From: Squalus acanthias
Taxonomy: Eukaryota
DNA length: 64,000 nucleotides
Reading direction: 5' to 3'
NCBI GenBank assembly: GCA_030390025.1
Contig: CM059432.1
Span: forward strand, 89,468,001-89,532,000
Below are positions 11,651 to 22,100 of this stretch, piece by piece. The notes under the pieces are model-generated. The model worked only from the letters and a program-made list of their open reading frames with translations, did no database searches and was not told the origin of the DNA. Both the position numbers and the translations under genes were made by a program. Numbering within the stretch: the first letter of the stretch is position 1; each line of letters starts with the position of its first letter.

Positions 11651-14600
11651 ATTTACAATGGCACATGTAACATATTTAGCCACTCTACCCAAACACTGCA
11701 AGTACTGCAAAACTTTAAATAAAAGCCATAAAATACTAAAGTGGTGGCTTACTTTTTTGAAATTAGAAATTTGCAGTCCTCTTCTCCCATCAATGTGAAA
11801 TTCTCAGCTCAAGCCTCAATCTACCAAAAGCTTCACCAAAACCAAACTAACAAACCACAGAGAGCTCCAAAGCCTCATTGAATGACAATGTGTCTCAACC
11901 CACTGGAATAGCAGGATGTGGAATTGGCACCGATTTTAACTGGCCCCACCTGGTGGAATCCGGATGGGCGGGCAGTTAAAATAAATGGAGTCACTTACCC
12001 CCACCGATCCCACTACATTCTCAATGTGAAGTACCACTCCATGCCTCACAAGGAAGCCATGGGCCTCCCTTGAGCCTGGCTACCCCTCTCCCCCAGATTG
12101 TGGCAAGAACCCCCCTCCCCCTGATCATGGCCCGACCTCAGCCTCCCCTCCATCTCGATCATGGCCCCTACCTCTGAAATGCCTGCCCCACTCCCCAGAT
12201 TTTGGCCCCGAGCTTTCCCCCCACACTAATTGTCGGGGACCGTCCCCACAGATCCCTGGCTGCAGCTTCATGCTGTTTTACTGAGCTCACGCCGGCCAGC
12301 TAGGCTGTCAAACTGGCTGTCTGCTGGGCGGAAGTCTGCAGCAGGCATTTAAATGAGGGCCTGCTGTTAAATCAGCAGGGCCTCAACATCCCTGGTCTTG
12401 CCAGGTTTTTCACATGCTACCACACTATCCAGCACCTCCTTTGCCTTCCCATAAATATCAAGGCCATACATTTTTCTGTGTTGAAATAGACCGCCTCCTG
12501 ATCCTCAAAACAAAAGTTTACTTGTATGTCGTCATCTGGAGAGGAAACCTGCAAAATCTGATAGCATTTTTGAACTTACTTTCTATCTATTAAAATTCAA
12601 TAAGTGGAATTTGCATTTTAGAAATCCCTGTATATTAGAGATAGGGGAACAGCATACCTGAGAAAGGAGAGTGGTAGACAGGGAGCTGGAGCCGTAATGC
12701 ATATGGTACAGTTGTAATGTTGACTCTTGTTTTATACACTGGTGGAAAGTAGAGGGATTACCTTATACATAGGTTGCCTTATATGCAAATATATGTGGGA
12801 AATAAGTTAGAGAGCTCTGATCCATCGGTATTTAGCAGCAACAACAACGGAGATGAATATAAAAATTGATGGAAAACAAGCTGGTAATATGAAACCAATG
12901 ATATTGTGATATCAGCATTGCTCCCAGGTTTCTTCCCTTTAAATATAGTGATTGGTGTTTGAATATGCTAAGTGTCAAGGCTGTTGATATCCCTAGGGTT
13001 CTTTTAACTTCACCTTTAGCTATTTTGATACCATTCAGAAATAAATGTGCGACCCATTTCTTTTCTTCCTATGGGCAATAGTTTACACTATCCATTTAAA
13101 TTTCATCTAGCTCTGTTCCACCCACGTAAGTATTTTGGCAAACTAATTTATTCTGATGACACAGCTGAGCCCAGAACTTAATTCTCTGGTGAATGGCAAT
13201 TGCAAACTCACGACACAACATGTCGGAGCTCCAACTTCACTACCCAGTCCCACTTTTAGAATTGCTTACTTTATGCTCCTATTATATTCTGCTAAGAATT
13301 GTGTTTGCTAGTCTAAATATCATAGGATAGAAATTCCAACAGCACAATAACACAACCAGAAGTGCAGTGAGGTGAAACTTCAACCTGCTCCTCGGGTCTC
13401 ATAATGACCTCAACCCAAATCCCAGAGATGGGGGTCTGACTCTAGAAATTCTGGTAAATCTCACATTGCTATCAAATCCAAGTTCTGTTACTTCATGTAC
13501 TAAAGTCTCAGCTATTAGCATTACATATTGTATGATAAGCATTGCAATGGGTCTTTCATAGCAAATGCAAATGTATTTTCTCATTGCACAATAACTTGTC
13601 TTCATACAAGTTCAAAATTCTTGCAACGTCTTATTATGGCCCACTCCTTCAGTCTATGCACAGTCCAAATGAATTAAGCAAATCTCTTTTCATTATGTGT
13701 ATTTACATTGACATTCAGAACAGTAGCAAGCGATCACATTCCATAGAGAAGGAGGTGTCTGTACAGCACGAGAAACCTAGGGGGGGAAATTGGTCTCCTG
13801 CAAAATGTGTGGTAGCAAATCAGCAGCCCATTTTACACCCAGGCCAGTTTTCTTTTCACTGACTTTACAAGCTGTTGATTTGCTGTTGCCCTTTTAGTGC
13901 TATCGCCGGAGACCAATTTCACCACCAGCAATCCACTTCTTTACTGCACCTAGATGTCCCCATTCACTTGAATCAGCTGAAGGCCATTTTTGAGGGTGGT
14001 GTCAGAGTTTCACTAGATGGTTCTAAGTTTGCTATGTCACTTCCTCCTGAAAATTCCTTCATTGAAGATTTTTCTCACAGATCCCCATAGTGTGGTGTAA
14101 AGTCTGTAAATTGTTTTATTGAAATGTTAATACACAGTATTTTAATTTTTCTACGTCAACTGTTTTTCAGTTAAATAAAATACCATTCATAGTTAAAATT
14201 TGAAATTGCATTGATTTATATTGTGTTTTAATACTTTAAGTATCTTATTGCATACAGGGATGTTTTGTTATATGAGGGGTCAATAGTTACGTAGTGGATG
14301 CAGCTTTATTTAACTTTTGCTCATGTTTTTTTTAAAGCCCTAAAAGTTTTTTCGTATTTCTCCTGTGTCTCTTTATTAAATCGAGATCTCCAAACTCACG
14401 CTTTCCAGCAGTCACTGAATAGCAATTAGGAATGAAAACCGTGACAAATATTTCTAAAGTCAGTTGTAAACCCTCTAGTTCCACCCAGGCTGAGATCAGC
14501 TAACTCAACACAGACCGGGAATAAAACTGGAGCCTTCTGGTCTGCATGCTCAGTTACACACTAGCTTTACCAATGAGTCACCAGAGGAGCTGTTGTATGA

Positions 14601-15599
14601 TTAATGAAGAATTTCTGGAATCATCTGTTTTCTGTTGTTCCATTTTATACTAGCATTCCTACCTTCATTTACATATTAACATCATTTGGATTTTATGTTT
14701 CACAAATACAGGCACATTTGTCATAACATTAAATTTTTTAAAGTACATTTTATAAAAGTGCTCTTTTTAACGTAGTTCTTTTGGGTTAACTGGATAGTTG
14801 AAATGTTGAGAAACCCTCATCATGCTTCAGATCTCCTGACCAAAGTACTAAGAAAACCACAACAGTAAACTTTTCATTTATTTAATGTTGAGTGCACACT
14901 CTGTCCCCGTAGCAACACACCCAACTTTCCAAAGCACAGAGATCTTGGCTTGGGTTGGCAAGACCCAAAGCTTTGTCACCAACAATTATTCATAGGTGTA
15001 CTTCTAAAATTTACCAGCTAAAGCCCTAATAGGCATTGGCAATCTTCCTGCTGCTTGTCTAGTTACCGCCACCCTCTCCATTTGGGCATTGCTTTACAAG
15101 GTTATCTGGAGCCAGTGGCAAGAGTCTCAGCTCCTGATGACACACCCACCCTCTAGGTCCCATCAATGAGGCAGGATGGCTGGTTTATCATCAACCATGC
15201 TCTAGAATATTACAGATCTGCTTGGCTCATTATCACAGATTGCCACAGAGGATCAATTTGGTTCAAATCCTCCATCATGTCATCCAGGGGCCATTTCAAC
15301 CCAATGGTGATCCCACTTATCTCTCCCCAAAAAGATAGGTGGTCATCATACAACTGACAAACATGGTATTGAGCGCTTGATATATGGTTCTTGATGTATC
15401 ATGTAAGAACATAAGAACATAAGAAATAGGAGCAGGAGCAGGCCAATTGCACGGCTTGCCATACAGGTACCCATATGGCAAGCCATGCAATTCAACCATA
15501 AAATGTGTGAATGAATTGACACCATTGACACCATCCTTCTGATGACAGGATGGGCACACACCATACTTCATCACCAGTTGGAGGTGCAGAGCTTCCACA

Positions 15600-17329
15600 T
15601 GTAGAATTCGCAATATATCGCGATTTTATTAATAAGGAGAAAACACAGAGTTTCGTTCAAACAGCTTTTATTTTCAGTAGAATGCTGGCAGGTTTAAAGT
15701 GGACACAAGCAGCCTGTAAAATGGCCGCCGCACCTCGTGACAGAACATTCTAGACTTTTCAACAGGCAGACAAGATGGCGTTCCAATAAACATTTGTGCA
15801 AGATCGATTAAGATTCAGCACAGTGAAGATAATACACGAGACATTATGGGTTTGCAGTATACACATAGATACTGAAATCGGTCTCCCAGGTACAAAGGAA
15901 AGCCATTGTACCGAGTAATCAAGGGCCCATCCAAAAGACATTAATATGTAAAATCCCAACGACTCTACGATGAGAGAGCCGTTAGCAGGTAGTTATACAG
16001 GACACTTGGAAGCCCCAAACCCCTCCAGGGAGAACACCGACCGATTTAACAATGGGAGAAATATTAACAGGTACTCAGACATTTACGAGTAGCCCCGAAA
16101 CCCATTAAGAACGGAGATCACCCATACAAGACATTTGAGCGCCAAACCCTAAACAAAAGAATGGACATTATAGTTGGGCGGGAAACGGAAGATTTTGCAC
16201 TATAATTGCAGGCTCCAAACCGTCCATTCTCTCTCTTGCTCTCTTGCTGCTCTTATCATCGTGGCTGCTCCTGTGCTCTTATCCGGTCGATTCGTAACCT
16301 CGTGGCTGCTCCTGTGTACTCGTAGTTGGGCTCGCTCCTGCTTGCCTGTTGCCTCTTCTGAAAAGACTGTTGAACTTTCTGATCCGTTCGGATCTACCTC
16401 GTGTCGCGTAACGAAGACCTATATTGGTAACCGGTATCGGAACCAAAAGGCCCGAGAAGAGATGAGATGAGATGAGATGAGAAGAGAGGAAGACCATATC
16501 CATCGCCACGGTCAGTAAATCCCGACCGCGCCTGTAGGTCGATTATCCAAGTTTTCCTTGCTAGGAAGACTTCTTCGAACTTATAACGAAACATATTGCA
16601 TCGATGATAACTGGACTGTGCCCAAAGTAACTGGAATGTGAAAGCCATATCGTATCGACGATATTGACAACTGTGCTCGAAGAGTACCTGTTAAACCAAC
16701 CAATATAGATCTTCATCACAGCAGACGGTCCAGCCTGCTAGCCGGAGCAGCAGAAGCAAGTAAACAAGTGGGACCAGGAGATCTCCTGACCGACACGTGG
16801 GTGCTGCGGTGAAAAACATCCGATCAGCTATTCGGAATTTCTCCGAGTTATCATGAGTGGTGAGCATGAGTCTCGAGATCCTACGAAATCTAGTTTAGGA
16901 TAGATATTGATAGGGGAGGGTTTAAGGATTAAGGATATTTGTAATGTGTGCCCCTATTTATTTTGTGCCGTTCGTTCCTCGTTTCCCTAAGATCGACTAT
17001 ATAACTGTTTGTAAGATTGTACTGTCATTAATCTGTGCTTATGACATGTATTTCATAATTTTAAGTATCATGCAATAAAGATTTTCCATTTCGTACCATT
17101 CAAACCAAGTCTACATGAGTTTTATCTCCATTACTGCTCTCGCATCTAAGTCCAGTGTCTAGAACCGTAAGGGAGAGTGATTCGAACCACTCACAGGTGT
17201 GTCTAGTGTTCCCAGACTGGCTGGAGACCAGAACAGGCAACAAGGCCTAGACCCGCACTGACATACAGGCTGCACAGAGCCGCGTGAATCTCACAGGCTG
17301 CGAGACACGCAGGGTCAGAATCCCTTACA
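15600..17329 (+). repeat. 5' LTR (~1730 bp)
   Basis: Starts TGTAG right after the CACA TSD and ends CCCTTACA before the PBS. TATA-like TATAAT at 16201 followed by a pyrimidine-rich tract; AATAAA at ~17074; CpG-rich relative to the flank. Confidence 0.75.
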
Positions 17330-17333
17330 GAAA

Positions 17334-19145
17334 ATGGCGACCGCGGCAGGACACTGGCAGCGAGAGGGTAGTGTGTTAGATTTTGGAATGACTGTACGAA
17401 ATGTTATGCAGGAAAAGATAGCGGATTATGTGTTTGGAAAGGTTAATCTAACTAAGAAATGGATAAGTGAATTGTTAGCGGATAAGAGCCCACTAGAGGC
17501 AGCTGAAAGGTGGACAGATAGTAAAGAACATAGAAAGACACTTGAGAAAGCAGTCTGGCTTATGTGTTACAAAAGGCAGGTTCAGATTTCAAACCAGACC
17601 ATTACAGCGCTAGTAGCTCGAATCAGTCATTTAGAGGGAGAAATGGAGGAGAAGGTTTCTGGAGGGGAGGTGCTCATTAAGAATTTAAATGAGTTACACC
17701 AAGAAAGCCAGGAAGTCTCCAGTCACCTTAAAACAAGGATAGATTATCTCGAGTGCCAGGTCACTGAGGCAAAATTGAATGAGAGCAGGTTAAAGGAAAG
17801 ATGTAACCGCCAAGCTGCCCAGATAAGAACTCAAGAAGAGAGCTTGACGGGGGTTAGGGCGGCATATAAGTTGGCCCTTGAGGATAAGTTTCAGGGAGCC
17901 GATCATAGCGCCTGCCAAAGGGAGATAGAGCACCTCAAAAAGGCCGTGAACAATGCGAACGGCATGGTGTGCCTTATCAATCCGTCGGCGCACCAGCCGC
18001 TAGTAAATGAGAGATTTAGAAAATCCCCACCAAATAAAGCAGAAGAAGTAGTAGCCACTGCGCCCTCCGCGCCACCCAGCTATTCAGAAACCTGGGTTAG
18101 GGAGGAAGCAATGGAAGAAACAAAAGAGCCCATTGAAAAAGAAGTAGGAAAGGGATCGTTGTATCCAGTAACGGGTATTAAAAGGGGCCCAAGCAGAAAC
18201 GGTGGGGAAGAACCGGGGGATCTCCTCGGACAGCTGGTGTTGCCTCACAGTTCACATCAGCTGAGAGCTATGATAAATCACGTACGGAAGCTGACCGAGG
18301 CAGACGACCCTTCCGTACATTTCAGAGAAGTTGAGCAAGCCGCAGCCATTAACGGCTGCGATGATGGGGAAACAGCAAAAATGCTGCTGTTCTCATTAGA
18401 CAGCTCGGTCCTTCAGTGTCTCTCAGGCGAGAGCAAGAGGGGAACCAAGAGTTATGAGGAATTAAAGAATGAGGTCCTGGAAGTGTTGGGGGCGAACGAC
18501 GAAGGTCCGTTTGCTAGAGTGGGACAGACAGTGCAGATGGAGGGAGAACCCCCGAAGGTTTTTGCCGACAGGCTGTGGCCAGTATATGAGCGCAGCTGTC
18601 TAGGTGCGCCCGAGCGCGAAGATGTGGAAGGTTTAGCTTTAACTCATTGGCTTAGGTGCATAATAGCCAACAGTTTACCAGCCGTCAGAGAGCAGGCAAA
18701 AGCATGGTTTGATCCCAATGACCCCAACATTACGGAAGAGTCGGTCTTGAATCGACTCACGTTAGGTTATCGCAATATAAGGGGTATGGCAACACGTCCC
18801 CTTAAGGGAAGAGTACATGAGGTACGACCCGCAGCCCCGTATCAAAGAGAGTGGCATCAGGAGGGTAATCGCGCCCCGCAGGCAAGTAATGCTTGTTACG
18901 GGTGTGGGAAGACAGGGCACTGGCGCAAGCATTGCAGGAACCCTTGGAAGGATTCCAAGGATAAAAATCCCGCGGTCCGAGCCCAGGCGCCTGTCCCGGC
19001 TAAGGAAGCCAAGGCACCCACCCCTCCCGACGACCTCGAAGCAGTGTTAGGAGCCATGCGCAAGCTGGTCTTGAATGCGCGTGGACAGGTGGCGGTCGCA
19101 ACCGGCCCCGTAGGTGCCGCAGGACCGTCTAATAGTACCCCATGA
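17334..19145 (+). CDS. gag: Gag polyprotein (603 aa)
   Basis: N-terminal coiled-coil region, PSAPPSY late-domain motif, MHR-like QMEGEPPKVFADRL, single CCHC knuckle CYGCGKTGHWRKHC (18894-18935). Confidence 0.9.
   Translation: MATAAGHWQREGSVLDFGMTVRNVMQEKIADYVFGKVNLTKKWISELLADKSPLEAAERWTDSKEHRKTLEKAVWLMCYKRQVQISNQTITALVARISHLEGEMEEKVSGGEVLIKNLNELHQESQEVSSHLKTRIDYLECQVTEAKLNESRLKERCNRQAAQIRTQEESLTGVRAAYKLALEDKFQGADHSACQREIEHLKKAVNNANGMVCLINPSAHQPLVNERFRKSPPNKAEEVVATAPSAPPSYSETWVREEAMEETKEPIEKEVGKGSLYPVTGIKRGPSRNGGEEPGDLLGQLVLPHSSHQLRAMINHVRKLTEADDPSVHFREVEQAAAINGCDDGETAKMLLFSLDSSVLQCLSGESKRGTKSYEELKNEVLEVLGANDEGPFARVGQTVQMEGEPPKVFADRLWPVYERSCLGAPEREDVEGLALTHWLRCIIANSLPAVREQAKAWFDPNDPNITEESVLNRLTLGYRNIRGMATRPLKGRVHEVRPAAPYQREWHQEGNRAPQASNACYGCGKTGHWRKHCRNPWKDSKDKNPAVRAQAPVPAKEAKAPTPPDDLEAVLGAMRKLVLNARGQVAVATGPVGAAGPSNSTP
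17335..17352 (+). promoter_or_regulatory. Primer-binding site, tRNA-Arg(UCG)-type
   Basis: TGGCGACCGCGGCAGGAC starts 5 nt after the LTR end and is complementary to the 3' end ...GTCCTGCCGCGGTCG-CCA that I recall for vertebrate tRNA-Arg(TCG). Confidence 0.8.
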
Positions 19146-22100
19146 CTAGAACCGGCGCAGCCCGTCTACCTGTGTCCGCTTAGCTATGATGCGTGGAGGC
19201 GACCTGTGGTGGAGATGGAGGTAGAGAAACAGAAGGGTAGTTATTTGTTGGACACGGGAGCTTCTTGCACCATAATCCATACAGATAACCCTTTTGACTC
19301 GCCGCTATCTACCAAGGTCCCATTCACGTTAGCAGGGTTCACAGGAAAAGAACAGGCTGGCACGTTTTCCCTTCCGCTATCCATTCGTTTAGGAACACTT
19401 CGCCTTAAGTGGAAGTGTATACTGATGGCATGGCAAAAGGGGGGTGGAAGAGGTATTCTCGGGTCCGATCTCCTAGCGGGACACGGGATCCTCGTGGACC
19501 TCAGAAATCACTGTCTTTGGGGGGCTAAAGGTGAAAAAGGCGAGGTAATAGTGATTCCGGGGGAGGAAGAAACAGGGGTCCTGTGTACCGTACAGCCATC
19601 CGGAGGCTACGACCTCAGGCTTATGGTCGCAGATGTCCCAACGGACATGCAAACGTACGTGTCAGATAATATGCACGCGTTTGCAACCCACAAGCACGAT
19701 TGTGGGAGAGTGGTCGGGTTTGAGGTCAGCGTAGATGGGGACCCCATGACCCGACCCCAAAAGCAGTATAACTTCCCCAAAGAAGCCGAACCCGATATGG
19801 AGACAGCAATGTCCTCCTTGGTGCAGCAGGGCATGTTGAGGCCGATAGCCACACACGTGAACTCCCCATTATGGCCGGTTAGGAAGCCGGATAATTCGTG
19901 GAGAGCCACGGTGGACTACAGAGTCCTTAACAGTAACATTCCCGCCTGCGCGCCCACAGTAGCAGCAGTTGCTGACCTAATAGGGAGCATCCCAGCGTCC
20001 GCGACCACGTTCACGGTGCTGGATATCTCGAACGGTTTTTGGTCCATCCCGCTGCGGCGAGAGGACCAGTACAAGTTTGCCTTTACTTTCAAAGGGCAAC
20101 AGTACACGTGGAACTGTCTGCCACAGGGTTTCCACAATAGCCCCAGTATTTTTCATCAGTGTATGGCAGGAAGTTTAAAGGAGTTTAGTCAGCCCAATCA
20201 GATAGTACAGTATGTGGATGATTTGCTCCTATTTACGGACTCAAGGGAGGAGCACGGACCACTACTGGACGAGTTATTGGAGCTGTTAGCGAGAAAGGGT
20301 TTTAAAATAAACCCTAAGAAAGCACGTATCGGTCAGCGGGAAGTAAAGTTCCTGGGACTGACCATACGCGCTGGGGAAAGAGCCATAGACAAAGCAAGGA
20401 GGGAGTCGGTGCAAGAATTACCGATTCCCAACAACGTAAGGGGTGTGAGGTCCTTCTTGGGACTGACCGGTTACTGCAGGGATTTTATCGAAGATTATGC
20501 GGCCACAGCGGCGCCGCTCCTCCGACTCCTCCATAAGGGGGTGGAGTGGCTTTGGGACGAGGGCTGCCAAGCAGCCTTCGAGAAGTTAAAAAGGGATCTG
20601 CAGACCGTGCCAGCCTTAGGGGCCATAGATGGGGGGAAGGAGTTTTTCCTGGAGGTAGCTGCCAGCGGAGACAGCTTAAGCGCCGTGCTGCTCCAAGAGC
20701 GTCACGGCAAGCTGAGGCCGGTTGTCTATTCATCCAGGGTATTAACGGATGTGGAGAGAAGTTTCTCCAATTGCGAAAGGCACCTTTTAGCCACGCATTG
20801 GGCTGTGAAAAGATCAGCGATCTTCACAGGGCTCTCTCCCATCACTCTCCTCACACATCACACACCAACTAAGATGCTTCTGGATGGGAGGATTAAAGAC
20901 GGGACCGTAAGCAGCGCACGCATTGCGCGTTGGACCCTTCTTCTCTCCCAGTTGGATCTTAGAGTAAAAGGTCTTTGCGAGCCAAGGCTTGCGGCCAATC
21001 TGGTATACCCCGGTACAGCCCACCGTTCGGTGGAAGGGGTGTGGGACGTCAACATAGGTTTACGGGCCGGGATACATCCCACTGGGCGCGAGATTTATGT
21101 TGATGGGTCTAGCACAGTATCTGCTGGCGAGCGACTCACAGGGTGTGGAGTTTATGACCCTGCGGCAGACCTTGCCCTGGCGATCAAGCTCCCTAGCACT
21201 ATGAGCGCGCAGCAAGCTGAGCTGTCTGCCGTGGTGTACGTTGTGACCCACCCAGACATTTTCCCAACCCCATACACGATTTGCTCGGACAGTATGTTCA
21301 CCTGCAATTCGTGTACGGAATACCTGGCCATTTGGTCCCGCCGCGGATACACCTCCGCGGACGGGCGACCTTTAACGGTGAAGCCCTTGCTGGAAAAGAT
21401 CTTAGCAGCAGCAGTAGGGGAGGAAGGAGAGATTTTCATCCATAAGGTGAAAGCTCACTCCTCCACAGAGCCCCGTGGGGAGGGCAACCGGCAGGCGGAT
21501 GCGCTAGCCAGGGAGGGTGCCCGCGACGGCACTTTCTGGAACCCCTATAGGACCGGACCCATAGCAGCGGTCCGAGGCGGGGACGGGAATCCCGGGAACC
21601 CCAGGGTAGCATTGCCCCTAGACCTTAAGACCGTCCAAGCCCAGGACCCCGCCCTAAAAGCAGTCCTAAAAACGATTGCTGAGGGGAGGCAGGTAGAAGG
21701 TCCGTACAGTACGGCAACCCTCTCAGTTAAGGAAGGCATGCTGTTCCGCGAGGAGCAGTGGGTTGTGCCGCAGCAGCACAGGAGGGAATTCCTCCAGTTG
21801 GCTCACGAGGGACCAGGGGCAGGGCACCCCGGGCCCGAGGTTACCTGGCAACGGGTAGAGCAAGCGGGATGGTGGCCAGGGCTCAGGGAACAAGTCCGCG
21901 AGTTCTGTGCAAACTGTCTTGTGTGCGCTGCAAACAACCCAGACCCCCAGAAAAGGAAGGTGCCCATGGGACACGTAAGAAGGGTAGAGGGACCATGGCA
22001 GTCGATACAGATCGACTATATAGGACCCCTGCCCACCACCCAGGGAGGTTATAAGTACTGCCTCGTCCTGGTGGATGTGTTTTCCAAGTGGGTGGAAGCC

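Noticed and set aside
12522..12548. 27-nt minus-strand micro-exon (VSSPDDDIQ) with AG/GT borders
   Set aside because: Too short, weak donor, no supporting neighbouring exons.
16940..17329. Alternative short LTR TGTAA...TTACA with internal TATATAA and AATAAA
   Set aside because: Flanks (TATT vs CACA) give no TSD and identity extends 21 bp further upstream. The 15600 start has a matching TSD. Disfavoured but not excluded.
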